43,389 bases of DNA from a virus: positions 1-43,389 of the IMG/VR virus record IMGVR_UViG_3300025730_000002. The stretch is one strand, 5' to 3'. Positions 1 to 9,814 of this stretch are shown here, piece after piece. Position 1 is the first letter of the stretch. Each line of letters begins with the position of its first letter. Made by a program: the position numbers and the translations under genes. The notes beneath the pieces were generated by a model. That model ran no database searches. It had not been told where the DNA came from and was given only the letters and a program-made list of their open reading frames with translations.

Positions 1-127
1 GAAAAGCTGCTCAAGCTTATAAACTTATGCTGAATAATTTAAGATTTATACTGATACAAGTTGGCGTTGCTTTTTCTTCTTATGTTGGACAGCCAAAGCG
101 ATTTGATGAATCTAAAAATCAACCGAT
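1..127. repeat. Left copy of 127-bp exact terminal direct repeat (circular-assembly overlap)
   Basis: Bases 1-127 are identical to 43263-43389. A reading frame runs uninterrupted across the join, so the window is one closed genome of 43,262 unique bp. Confidence 0.95.
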
Positions 128-536
128 TGTAATATGCACACCAGCTTCTGCTAAAGGGAATAATAATTTAGGTCGGCGTAATTATGATTATGCAACTGAT
201 GATGGTAATAGTTGGAGGGCTTTATTTGATAATAATGGAAATAACTCCACTGTTTTGCCGTTTGCTTGTGGATATTGTGGTGAATCACTCAATAATCAAA
301 ATTTTGACACGTTTTTTATTGCTACTGGTGATGGGAAATTCATGATTTATGAAACTCCCGTTTGGTTTTGGACAGACACCAGAACTTTTGGTCAATTAGA
401 CGGGGTTATGAATATAGGAAGAAGTGGCTGTCCATTAGCAAATGGAGATATCGTTTATGTTGATACTATTCCCTGGCTTTATCTTGATGGAAGTGGACAG
501 AGTTATTCTGGCAGGTGTTTAGTGAGGTTAACCTAA
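1..536 (+). CDS. 3' part of the same junction-spanning tail-fibre/virion gene
   Basis: The frame is open from base 1 and stops at TAA 534-536. The ORF-track entry 27..536 starts at an internal Met. The upstream residues (..KAAQAYKL) are encoded at 43263 onward. Confidence 0.8.
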   Translation, partial: KAAQAYKLMLNNLRFILIQVGVAFSSYVGQPKRFDESKNQPIVICTPASAKGNNNLGRRNYDYATDDGNSWRALFDNNGNNSTVLPFACGYCGESLNNQNFDTFFIATGDGKFMIYETPVWFWTDTRTFGQLDGVMNIGRSGCPLANGDIVYVDTIPWLYLDGSGQSYSGRCLVRLT

Positions 537-537
537 A

Positions 538-978
538 ATGACTGAATATAACACAGGATTTTGCCCAGAGGATTTAGCTACATTGAAATTCACTCCCAGA
601 ATGCATCAGGGATTTACTTTGACAAAATCAATTTTGCCTTCTACGGGAAGTATCGTAGATGAAAAGAAATATGCTGGGTCTTATGCTATTAGATTAGTAG
701 GAACAGCTGTTTGGACGACAATGCTAAATTTAAATTCGGCTAAAGATATAACAGTTCAAGCTAAGGCTTATCTTACAGGACTTCACAATCCGACTTTGAT
801 GATGTTACTTTATGATAGTAATGGCAATCTGCTTGAATCCGCTACACCACTAACAACGACAGGCTCTTGGCAAGATATTCAGCTAACCAAATCGCTTGGA
901 GCTGGAGTTTACTACATTCATTTTTATACAAAAGGATTAGGAACGCTTTGCTATCTTGATAATATTGAGGTATTATAA
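538..978 (+). CDS. Virion/tail-associated protein, possible jelly-roll carbohydrate-binding-like domain
   Basis: GAGGT RBS, starts 1 nt after the upstream stop. Beta-rich sequence ending ..GVYYIHFYTKGLGTLCYLDNIEV resembles CBM-type domains; this fold guess is weak. Confidence 0.6.
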   Translation: MTEYNTGFCPEDLATLKFTPRMHQGFTLTKSILPSTGSIVDEKKYAGSYAIRLVGTAVWTTMLNLNSAKDITVQAKAYLTGLHNPTLMMLLYDSNGNLLESATPLTTTGSWQDIQLTKSLGAGVYYIHFYTKGLGTLCYLDNIEVL

Positions 979-1202
979 TGACTCCAGAGATGTTTAATAT
1001 GATTTATCTGGGCGACACGCAGGGAGACTGCGAAAACAAGATGTGTCTATTTGTAAAATTACCAGAAATTATAGAGCAGATTAAAAGTTGGGTTAAGGTT
1101 TCTGGGCAATGGCTTGAAGCTAACGTTTTTGTTAAAGTAGCAGGTATTTGGAAATCTGCTATTCCTTATGTAAAAATTAATAAAGTTTGGAAATATATTT
1201 AA
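978..1202 (+). CDS. Small tail-associated protein with three VKxxGxWK-like repeats
   Basis: TAATG stop/start overlap with a GAGGT RBS. Internal repeat: WVKVSGQWLEA / VFVKVAGIWKSA / PYVKINKVWKYI. Confidence 0.6.
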   Translation: MTPEMFNMIYLGDTQGDCENKMCLFVKLPEIIEQIKSWVKVSGQWLEANVFVKVAGIWKSAIPYVKINKVWKYI

Positions 1203-1214
1203 GGAGAAATTAAA

Positions 1215-2177
1215 ATGAGTATTCCAACAATATTTCATGTATTTCAAGATGTTCATGCAGACGCAGGTAAAATAACTGCTGAAAGATTAAACACTAACTG
1301 GTCAAGATTATATGATATGTTTGACCCAGCTAAAATAGGTATAAGTGAAGACAATATAAAAACTATAAGCAAAATATTAGTAGCAAATAGAAATTATACT
1401 GGAGTAAATAAAATCACTGGTAGCTTTGAATTTAATGCTTGCCCAATAATTCCTGATGCTTCTTTATCTGAAGCAAAAATAAATATTGTTAATTTAGTAA
1501 AAAAGGTTAGCGGTAAAATTCCTGATATAGATATTGATACAAACATACCAAGAAAAAATATTGATGAAACTATTTCTGGAAGCTGGACATTTAATCAAGC
1601 AATAAAAAATTTTCTTGCTGAACATAAAGAAGCTTTACCAGACACTGTTGTTAATGGACAAATTATAGAGTTTTCTGGAGATTTATATGTAGGAAAAAAT
1701 GATATTTGGGAAAAGATTAAGTATGTAAGTTCACCAGTAAGTGAGTTAGGTTCAATAGTAAGTAATAATACAAGAATAGCTGGTGGTGGTATTTTAGTTA
1801 CCAATACAGTGAGTTATATAAAATTAAAGCAATATACAGCAAACGAGGCAACTGGCCCTATTAGAGTTATTTATGGTGGAGAATCAGGGATAGGCGGGCC
1901 ATATCTTAATTTACAACTAAAGAAAAATGGGGTAGAGGTAAGCACGTTAACTATAGCACCTGATTCAACCGATTCAAAAAGCTATGATTTCACAAGTTTA
2001 GCTCAGAACGACACCATAGAACTCTGGGGTTTCATAAGTCAGGGAACTATTGCCGAGGTTAATGAATTCGATATATGCTATGACCATGCGATTAAAAAGA
2101 TTGACGGCCATACTTTAATAACGCCAATCACGATAGCGTTTGAATCTGGTCTGGCTTATAGCTTTACAACAAGCTAA
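1215..2177 (+). CDS. Tail fibre-like structural protein (320 aa)
   Basis: AAGGAG RBS. Lies in the tail gene run. No enzymatic motif recognised. Confidence 0.65.
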   Translation: MSIPTIFHVFQDVHADAGKITAERLNTNWSRLYDMFDPAKIGISEDNIKTISKILVANRNYTGVNKITGSFEFNACPIIPDASLSEAKINIVNLVKKVSGKIPDIDIDTNIPRKNIDETISGSWTFNQAIKNFLAEHKEALPDTVVNGQIIEFSGDLYVGKNDIWEKIKYVSSPVSELGSIVSNNTRIAGGGILVTNTVSYIKLKQYTANEATGPIRVIYGGESGIGGPYLNLQLKKNGVEVSTLTIAPDSTDSKSYDFTSLAQNDTIELWGFISQGTIAEVNEFDICYDHAIKKIDGHTLITPITIAFESGLAYSFTTS

Positions 2178-2212
2178 TAAATAAATGAAATATATAAAAA
2201 AGGAGAATTAAA

Positions 2213-2551
2213 ATGCCTATTAACCCATTAATTGGTTCAGCTTTGATAGAGACTGGTGGTGGCTTGTTGAGTGGTTTATTAAAAGGTATAGGAAAGGGTA
2301 AAGCTGCTAAAGAATTAAAGAAAGAAACTAAACCAAAAACACCATACTATGAATCTTTTGCAAGTTTACCAATTTTGCAAGGATTATTGCAAAAGTCTAT
2401 TCTTGGAGCTATGGGAACACAGCTTGGGCAAGATACTTTAAGCCAGTGGGGCATAAATCCTGACCAGATAATGAGATTATTTGCAAGTAAACAAACAACT
2501 TCACCAAGCATTTATAGTATGCTAACTGGAAAGTTTAATAAACAACAATAA
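2213..2551 (+). CDS. Small G/L/K-rich virion protein (candidate internal/ejection protein)
   Basis: AAGGAG RBS. N-terminal glycine-rich hydrophobic segment. First of four genes ending in the giant ORF. Confidence 0.6.
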   Translation: MPINPLIGSALIETGGGLLSGLLKGIGKGKAAKELKKETKPKTPYYESFASLPILQGLLQKSILGAMGTQLGQDTLSQWGINPDQIMRLFASKQTTSPSIYSMLTGKFNKQQ

Positions 2552-2562
2552 GGAGAAACAAA

Positions 2563-3162
2563 ATGCCTAACAATAATAACAATAATGATGAAACATTTTA
2601 TTCTCCAGAATTAGAAGAGCTTAAAAAAAGCTTGCTGGCCAGGGACTGGTTTAAAAGTCCATATCAAGATTTATATATGGAACAATATGAACGATTAAAT
2701 CAACCTATGAATGTTCAATCACTAATAAATACTGCAAGAGCTAATATAGCTGGACAAACACAAGCTGGTATTCAAGAAGCTCAAAGAGCTACTGGAGCAA
2801 GAGGTTTTGCTGCTGGTGAATCTGGGATAGCTAATAGAGCAATACAAAATGCTATTAGAGCTGGACAACAAGCATTAGGACAAACTATTGGTCAGATATC
2901 TGGACAAGCACAGCAACAGGAGCTTGGTAAAGCACAAGCAGCTACACAATTACTTAATGCTTTAACTACTACTGGACAAGAAGGAGCTTTAGGTGCATTA
3001 CAATTAGGTGGCGGATTAGAACAATTTCAAAAACAATTTGGTCAGGGACAGATTATGGATTTTCTAAATCTGCTTATGGGTTTGTATGGAACTGAACAGC
3101 AAAGTCAATTAGCTCGTTATTCACCTTATTGGAGTGCTTTATCTACTATTTATAGTGGATAG
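2563..3162 (+). CDS. Q/G/A-rich virion protein (candidate internal/ejection protein)
   Basis: AAGGAG RBS. Poly-Asn N-terminus and a long low-complexity Q/A/G region. Confidence 0.6.
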   Translation: MPNNNNNNDETFYSPELEELKKSLLARDWFKSPYQDLYMEQYERLNQPMNVQSLINTARANIAGQTQAGIQEAQRATGARGFAAGESGIANRAIQNAIRAGQQALGQTIGQISGQAQQQELGKAQAATQLLNALTTTGQEGALGALQLGGGLEQFQKQFGQGQIMDFLNLLMGLYGTEQQSQLARYSPYWSALSTIYSG

Positions 3163-3183
3163 TTTAGATAGGAGATAAATATT

Positions 3184-4347
3184 ATGGCTATTGATTTAAG
3201 AGAAATTGGGAAAAGTATAGAAGACACTTCCAGTAAGGTAGCAGACATATTATTAAGAAAGTATTTAACAGAGCAAGAAATAGAAGCAAGAAGAGCTGAA
3301 TTAGAAAAACAATTAGAACAACAGCGTCTTCTTCATGAAGAAAATTTAGCTTTTGAAAAGCAAAAATTAGATACAGATTTAGCAAGAAGAAAAGAGGAGT
3401 TAGATAAAACCCTTGCTCAAGAAAGAGATTTAAGTTTAAGAAGCGACAGAAGACAATACAAAGCTACTCTTATGAGTGGTGGTTTGTCACCAGAAGCAAG
3501 CGAATGGATGACAAGAATAGAGTTTGCTGCTAATCCAATGGAAAAACAAGTAGGCACTGCTATTATGCTAAAATACAATGAATTAATATCTAAAGCATTG
3601 CAGGGAAAAACACCTACTCAAGAAGAATTAAATCAATTACCCCCAGATTTAAGAACAGCATTCTGGAAGGATTATCAAAAGCATCGGCTTGCTGAAAGCC
3701 AGATACAGGAAAACTTATTGTCTGGATATGGAAGAATAGCTAATGTGCTTGGTAAAGATATAGAATCAGACCAAGAACTTTTTGAAGATATTAGAAAAAG
3801 AGAACTTGAGCAAAGAAAGAAACAACGAAAAGAAGTTGCTACTTCGATAGAAAAAATAAATAATGAAATAGAGAAATTAGATACAGCAATTGCAAATAAA
3901 GAACTTCAGTTAGCTAATAAATTATCACCTGCTGGACTCACAAGAAAAACTTTAGCAGAACTTACCAGTGGTATAGGAGAAGAAAGTGGTGATGTAGAAA
4001 AGGCAGTAAAAAAATTTACCCCAATTTTTGAAAAATATCCAGAAATACCAGCTTTACTAAATGAAATAAATAGGCTAAAAGCACAAAAAACTTCTTTAGA
4101 AAAAGATTATATGCGGGCACATAGTAAATTGCTTGAAACTACTGGAGTGCCAGAAGAGAATGTTGGCAGTGTAAATATAATGCAACCAGCACAACAGACA
4201 CAAGCAAGAAAAATTATAACTTCATCTCAAATAGATAGCTTAGTTAATGCCTGGATAAAAGAACATCCAGAGGCTGCTAAAGTAAGAGAAGATGTAAGAC
4301 AAACAATAATAAATGACTATAAAGAAAAAGGCTATATAATACAATGA
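3184..4347 (+). CDS. Coiled-coil virion protein (387 aa)
   Basis: AGGAG RBS. Heptad-like E/K/L/Q-rich sequence. ATGA overlap with the giant ORF downstream. Confidence 0.65.
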   Translation: MAIDLREIGKSIEDTSSKVADILLRKYLTEQEIEARRAELEKQLEQQRLLHEENLAFEKQKLDTDLARRKEELDKTLAQERDLSLRSDRRQYKATLMSGGLSPEASEWMTRIEFAANPMEKQVGTAIMLKYNELISKALQGKTPTQEELNQLPPDLRTAFWKDYQKHRLAESQIQENLLSGYGRIANVLGKDIESDQELFEDIRKRELEQRKKQRKEVATSIEKINNEIEKLDTAIANKELQLANKLSPAGLTRKTLAELTSGIGEESGDVEKAVKKFTPIFEKYPEIPALLNEINRLKAQKTSLEKDYMRAHSKLLETTGVPEENVGSVNIMQPAQQTQARKIITSSQIDSLVNAWIKEHPEAAKVREDVRQTIINDYKEKGYIIQ

Positions 4348-7300
4348 GTAATGGTTTAGTTGCTCCTGATTTAGAAGAGAAACTTAAAAAACTTACTGAC
4401 ACTTCTATTCAAACACCAGAAACTCAGATAGATTCAGACCTTGAATCTAAATTGCTGGCAATAACTGAACAAGCAAAATATGGGGAAGAACAGCAGCCAA
4501 CTCCTGCTGAAAGTTTAGAAAACAAGTTAATGAGAATAACCTATCCTGAAGGCCAGCCAGCTGCAACAATTTCTGCTGCACCTAAAGAAAGCTTATGGCA
4601 AAAAATTAAATATGCTATTGGATTAGAGGAAGAAGACAAGTTTACTTATGAAGATGTAGAAAGGGCTGCTGCTTTACAAGGAAAAGAAATAACCCCAACA
4701 ACAGAATATGAAAAAGCTAAAGTTATGGGTGTTTCTCTTCCAACAGGAAAAGTAATTTTACCAAGTGGAGAAGTTAAACATGATGTTGGAACAGGATTAA
4801 CAACAGCTGTCGTATCTGGTCTGGCCAGAGGAATTACCTTAGGCATACCAGAAAATTTAATGAGACTTGTTGGAAAAAAAGAATGGGCAAGTTATTACCC
4901 AGAAACAAAAGCTGACCAGATAAGTTATGCTGTCGGTAATCTGGTTGGCTTTGTTGGTTCTCCTATTGTTAAAACTTTTCATAAGGCATTTAGTAATCTA
5001 ACCAGCAAAGTAATTAGTAGTGAAACCATTGGAAAAGCTGGACAAAAGTTTGGGGCAAAGGGAGCGAGTGGAATAAAATTTTTAAAAGAATTTGTTGATA
5101 ATGCTACAACTATGGCCACTGCCTTTGCTGTTCAAACACCAATCACAGATAAGAAAGATGAATATTTAAAAGAAGTTTTAAACAATGCTATAAATGGTGC
5201 AACAGTAGCCTCAGTATTTCAAACTGTTAGCTTGATAAATCCAAAACTTATTGAGTTTGTTTCACCAGAAGGAAGTAAATTAATAACAGCTATAAATAAG
5301 AAATCGTCTCCTTTTTTGTTTTCTGTATTTAGAGCTGGAACAGCGGCTGCTGCTGATTCTTTACTTTTCTCTGAACAAGCTCAACAACCTGATTTAGTAG
5401 ATAGAATTTTTAATATTGGTATAGCCGCTTATTTTGGAGCTAAATCACAATTCTTACCAGCAGAAGCAATTGCTGCTCAAGTTCATCAGGAGATAGCAAG
5501 AGATACAAAAAAGATACTAAAAGAAATGCCTGAAGTTGCTAAAGCAGCAAAAGAGCTTGAAATAAAATCTCGTGATTCTGCTAACACATACTTATCAGCT
5601 GATGCTGAAGACCAACCATTTCCTAAAAAAATAAAGATACTTGTTAAGAAAACACCTAAAACACCAACAGAAGAACCGCAATATGAAGTAAAGGAAGTAG
5701 ATAAATATTATGGTTATCAAACGAACTATAACAGAAAGTCAGAAGAATTAGGGACACTTGAAAAAAGAAACTTTCTTGATATGGATATAGAGAAAGAAAG
5801 CTATTGGGACAATCATAGAAAAGAAGCAGAAAAACTAACTCCAGATAGAAATAAAATAGTAATACTTAATGCTCTTAAAAAAAGAATTAAAGTTGCTAAA
5901 GATGCTGTGGCAAGAAGCCATAATATTGAAGAAGAAAAAATTGGTTCTGTCTATAATTTATTCTCCTATAATTTAAAAGGAGATGATAGTTATGCAGTTA
6001 ATCTTTTTCCAGAAAGAACATTAGCTATTAAAGGAGATAAGCTAACTCCTCAACAGGTTGAAGATTTTATTTGCAGAAATATAGATATCTTATCTAACCC
6101 ATTATTTTCTATAAGAACACAAAAAGGAAAAGATGGACACATAATTCTTGATATTGTTAGAACTTTTAAAAATAAAGATGTAGCTATAAATACGGCTAAA
6201 GAATATCAACAAGAAAGCATTTATTATCTTGGAAAAAAGACTAAAGATAAAACAGGAAAATTTATTGTATCTAATGCTGAAAAAATTGATGTCAATTTAG
6301 AAGCAATAAATAGCTCTTCAGAAAATCTGCCAACAACTCCAATTCAGCAAAGACATTTATCAAAAACAGAAGGAAAACAGGTTGTAGAAGTATTTCATTT
6401 TAGTTCGTTTATAGATGATAACATTGGTTGGTTTACTCCACAAGCAATGGGCTTATCAAAAACAAACAGAGAAATTAGTAGAGTGTTTTATCATAAAGAT
6501 AGAAATGCTGGTTTATTGCCTGGTCAATTGCCTTTCCTTACTTTTTATACAAGAACTTCACCAACAATAGAACCTCATTTAAATATAGGTAAGTCTTTAT
6601 ATAGAACAGAAATAGCTTTAGATGATTTGTTTATTGCAGAAAGTGGTAAAGCACTACCTTCTCCACAAAAGCTGGTAAAACAAGGAAAGCTTGGTGTTTA
6701 TTTTCCAGGAACTGGAGAAGTTTGGCTATACACTCCAATTAATGCTGTTAAAGTTGTTGATAAGTTTACAGACATAAATTGGCAATCTAAACAAACTTAT
6801 TCTGGTGAAACACTTGTTGATTATCTTAATACTGAAGTTTTAAAACCAACAGGTAAGATTGTAGATGATTTTAATTTAAGAAACATTTCAGAATTAGAGA
6901 ATGCTTCTAATGTTTCGTCTGTTATTCAGCAAGTAAAAAATGGAGAGCTTGATAGCGATACAGCTTATGAAGAATTCTTGAAAAAATCTAAATCAGTTGA
7001 TGATTTAAAAAATAGGTTATTACAAGTATTTAAATGTCCTGTTTGTAAAAAACTTACTGCTCCTGGAGATACTTGCCCACATTGTGGGGCTGATATCAAA
7101 ACATTCAGCGATAACTGGAAGTTTTATATTGATAAATTAAATAAAGCTAATCCAAAAGAAACCAATAAAATTATTGAAGATTTAACAAATACGGATGACC
7201 CAGCATATCAAGAACAATTTTTATTTGATGCTGGTTTTATAAAAGATAAGCAATTAAAAATTCCAGCTGGTGAAATTGAGGGTGGTAAAATTAAATTATT

Positions 7301-9431
7301 CTTAATAAAACCAAGACGGGGCGGTGTAATGCGTATCGGTATAGAAGGAGAGATATTTGATAAATTACCAGCTGATGCAAGTTTAGATGATGCTTTAAAA
7401 TTACTCCCACCAGACACACCTGTAATGATTTCTGGTGCTGGAGAAAGAGCAGTTAGATATACAGCTAAAGAATTACAAGATTTAATGGCACAAAAAGATG
7501 GCGGTATGGGAGTATTTGTTCCAGCTGTTCACTATTTTACTAAGAAAGGAATAGCTTTTAGAGATATCTATCTCACTGCTCTTGATGGAGTTGATGCTTA
7601 TAACAAACTTGTTAGAAGAGCTGATAAAGTTATTATTCCTGAAATGAAAAAGCTAACACCAAAAGAACAAGAAGATTTATTAATTTATTATTATTGGCAA
7701 CAAGCAGATATAAGACCAACTTTACAAAAAGCTTATGGTATTAATGAAGCACCTAAATTAAATGAAAAACAATTAAACATTGATAAACTTTTAAGAAGTG
7801 AGTTTGATGGCTGGCTAAAATCTATTAATACAGCAAGAGAAATACAGGGACTTGCTCCGATAACTGGAGTAGAAAACTATTTTCCAATAATGAGAGATAT
7901 TTCCAGCGATGGTTTATTATTAAATGCTTTATTTAATGAACCAAACCCAGTAAGAATACGCATAGCTTTTCAGAATATTAGAGACCCATTCTTAATAGAA
8001 AGAACACCAAACATAGAACCAATCAAATTTAATTTAGTGGAGATATATAGTAAGTATGTTCAGAAAACTGGAAGGTATGTTGCTAATGCTGAATTTCTTG
8101 CTAAAACAAAACTATTGTTAAGACCTATTTCTTTAATTGTTAATGGGTCATTAAAAACCTATAACTTACAAACAGAAAAGCCAAACATGTTTACTGAGCT
8201 ACAACGATATCAGCAAAGAGTAGCTTTTAGAGTAGTTCCTGATTTCATTGGCTATATGCAATCAGACCCTAAAAACCCATTTGTAAGAACTGCTGCGTTA
8301 ATAATCAATAAAAATTTAGCTGCCGCTACGCTTGCTTATAATCTAAGAAGTGCCTTAATCCAGCCAACAGCCATTGTAAACCTCACTCTTTTGTTTCCTT
8401 CCACAGACATTGCTTGGGCAATGAAAGCTGTGTTAAATCCGAAAAATAGACAATTAATAAATGATTTAAGTAAGCATTTACTTAATAGAAAATTTGATGT
8501 TGTTCAAGATTCTTTACAGAAAGAAGTTCCAGATTTATTTGGAGATGGAAATGCTCTAAGAAGAATTTGTAATAAAGGACTTAAAGGCTGGTTAGAAGTT
8601 AGTGAGAAAGTGTCAGAAATTGGTTTATATCCATTAAAAGAATTAGATTTTATTACTGCTCAAATTGGTGCTTTGACTGCTTATAGAAATGGAATAAAGA
8701 GGGGGTTAGGTGGAAAGGAACTACAAAGATTTATAGATGAAAGTTTAATTAAAACCCAAATATCTGGCAGCTTTATGGATGTCCCAAAAGCACAGCTTGG
8801 AGAACTACCAAAGCTGTTTAGTTTGTTTCAAACTTTTACTATTGGACAAATAAATTTAGCATACAATGAATTGATTAAGCCTACCCTTCATCCAAAGACA
8901 GGATGGAATAAAGAATATTTTAGAAAAGTTATGAGGTTTGGTTTATGGTCTATTTTGCTTAATATTTTATATGAAGATGTTTTAAAACTTCGTTCTCCAT
9001 TACCTACACCAGAAAGAGAAATAGCCAAACTTTTTAAAGGAGAACAAAATTTTGTAAAAACAACTTTTAATACCGCCAAAGAATTGGCTGAACAAATACC
9101 TTACATTGGGGCATCAGCAAGATGGTCAACGCCTTATAGAGCAGTAGAACCAACACCAGTTCTTCAAATATGGACAGATACCTGGAGAACTATGTCTAAA
9201 CTGACTGCTACGCAAAGCTTTAAAAATTTTAAAATTGAAGATTACACATTACTTCCAAGATGGCTTGGAGTTCCAGGAATAAGTCAGTTTGAAAAGAGTT
9301 ATAGAAGATATCTGAATGGAGCAAGCTGGGAAGAAATAGTTCTTGGAGTAAAGCCTGAAGAAGTTAGTGGTATAAAAGCTAAACAAAGAGCTACAGCAAG
9401 AGAATGGAAAAGAAAGAGGATAGCCAAATGA
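4344..9431 (+). CDS. Giant virion-internal/ejection-type protein (1695 aa)
   Basis: Longest ORF, with ATGA overlap to the upstream gene. Its position after the tail genes and three small internal-type proteins resembles a podovirus core/ejection module. CPVC-x9-CPHC zinc ribbon at about 7035-7085. No catalytic motif recognised. Confidence 0.7.
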   Translation: MSNGLVAPDLEEKLKKLTDTSIQTPETQIDSDLESKLLAITEQAKYGEEQQPTPAESLENKLMRITYPEGQPAATISAAPKESLWQKIKYAIGLEEEDKFTYEDVERAAALQGKEITPTTEYEKAKVMGVSLPTGKVILPSGEVKHDVGTGLTTAVVSGLARGITLGIPENLMRLVGKKEWASYYPETKADQISYAVGNLVGFVGSPIVKTFHKAFSNLTSKVISSETIGKAGQKFGAKGASGIKFLKEFVDNATTMATAFAVQTPITDKKDEYLKEVLNNAINGATVASVFQTVSLINPKLIEFVSPEGSKLITAINKKSSPFLFSVFRAGTAAAADSLLFSEQAQQPDLVDRIFNIGIAAYFGAKSQFLPAEAIAAQVHQEIARDTKKILKEMPEVAKAAKELEIKSRDSANTYLSADAEDQPFPKKIKILVKKTPKTPTEEPQYEVKEVDKYYGYQTNYNRKSEELGTLEKRNFLDMDIEKESYWDNHRKEAEKLTPDRNKIVILNALKKRIKVAKDAVARSHNIEEEKIGSVYNLFSYNLKGDDSYAVNLFPERTLAIKGDKLTPQQVEDFICRNIDILSNPLFSIRTQKGKDGHIILDIVRTFKNKDVAINTAKEYQQESIYYLGKKTKDKTGKFIVSNAEKIDVNLEAINSSSENLPTTPIQQRHLSKTEGKQVVEVFHFSSFIDDNIGWFTPQAMGLSKTNREISRVFYHKDRNAGLLPGQLPFLTFYTRTSPTIEPHLNIGKSLYRTEIALDDLFIAESGKALPSPQKLVKQGKLGVYFPGTGEVWLYTPINAVKVVDKFTDINWQSKQTYSGETLVDYLNTEVLKPTGKIVDDFNLRNISELENASNVSSVIQQVKNGELDSDTAYEEFLKKSKSVDDLKNRLLQVFKCPVCKKLTAPGDTCPHCGADIKTFSDNWKFYIDKLNKANPKETNKIIEDLTNTDDPAYQEQFLFDAGFIKDKQLKIPAGEIEGGKIKLFLIKPRRGGVMRIGIEGEIFDKLPADASLDDALKLLPPDTPVMISGAGERAVRYTAKELQDLMAQKDGGMGVFVPAVHYFTKKGIAFRDIYLTALDGVDAYNKLVRRADKVIIPEMKKLTPKEQEDLLIYYYWQQADIRPTLQKAYGINEAPKLNEKQLNIDKLLRSEFDGWLKSINTAREIQGLAPITGVENYFPIMRDISSDGLLLNALFNEPNPVRIRIAFQNIRDPFLIERTPNIEPIKFNLVEIYSKYVQKTGRYVANAEFLAKTKLLLRPISLIVNGSLKTYNLQTEKPNMFTELQRYQQRVAFRVVPDFIGYMQSDPKNPFVRTAALIINKNLAAATLAYNLRSALIQPTAIVNLTLLFPSTDIAWAMKAVLNPKNRQLINDLSKHLLNRKFDVVQDSLQKEVPDLFGDGNALRRICNKGLKGWLEVSEKVSEIGLYPLKELDFITAQIGALTAYRNGIKRGLGGKELQRFIDESLIKTQISGSFMDVPKAQLGELPKLFSLFQTFTIGQINLAYNELIKPTLHPKTGWNKEYFRKVMRFGLWSILLNILYEDVLKLRSPLPTPEREIAKLFKGEQNFVKTTFNTAKELAEQIPYIGASARWSTPYRAVEPTPVLQIWTDTWRTMSKLTATQSFKNFKIEDYTLLPRWLGVPGISQFEKSYRRYLNGASWEEIVLGVKPEEVSGIKAKQRATAREWKRKRIAK

Positions 9432-9640
9432 AAAAAAGGAGTGAAAAGATTATTGAAAAAGTTATTTGTCAGCAAATTAAGACTGAACGAACAGTAGAGG
9501 AGCGGCTTACCATAATTGAAGAACTACTAAAACATACCCTAGACAATGAGCTTGCTCACATCTGGGCTTTTATAAAAGCAATTCTTGGTGGGGTGATTAC
9601 AATATTAGGAGCATTATTAATTTCTTTTTTAACGAGGTAA
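9428..9640 (+). CDS. Small C-terminally membrane-anchored protein (70 aa)
   Basis: ATG 9428 forms an ATGA overlap with the giant ORF stop, and AAGAGGA lies upstream. The ORF track starts earlier at 9404. C-terminal segment ILGGVITILGALLISFL is a predicted TM helix. Confidence 0.55.
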   Translation: MKKRSEKIIEKVICQQIKTERTVEERLTIIEELLKHTLDNELAHIWAFIKAILGGVITILGALLISFLTR

Positions 9641-9643
9641 AAA

Positions 9644-9814
9644 ATGCCATATACAGAAAAAGAGAAAAAATTGCATGCTGCTTTAGTTAAAAAATATGGG
9701 CCAAAAAAAGCAGAACAAGTTTATCATGCAATGCTAAATTCAATGAAGCATGAAGCTATTTTTGGTGCTAAATCAAAAAGAAGAAGACAAGCAAAAAAGA
9801 CAAATAAAAGCTAA
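9644..9814 (+). CDS. Small basic protein (56 aa), below the ORF-track cutoff
   Basis: GAGGT RBS 6 nt upstream of ATG 9644. Translation by hand: MPYTEKEKKLHAALVKKYGPKKAEQVYHAMLNSMKHEAIFGAKSKRRRQAKKTNKS. Stop TAA at 9812-9814. Confidence 0.45.
   Translation: MPYTEKEKKLHAALVKKYGPKKAEQVYHAMLNSMKHEAIFGAKSKRRRQAKKTNKS

Noticed and set aside
1-127. Interpreting the 127-bp end repeat as a biological direct terminal repeat
   Set aside because: It falls in the middle of a coding sequence, and its length equals a common assembler k-mer. It is more parsimoniously a circularisation artefact.
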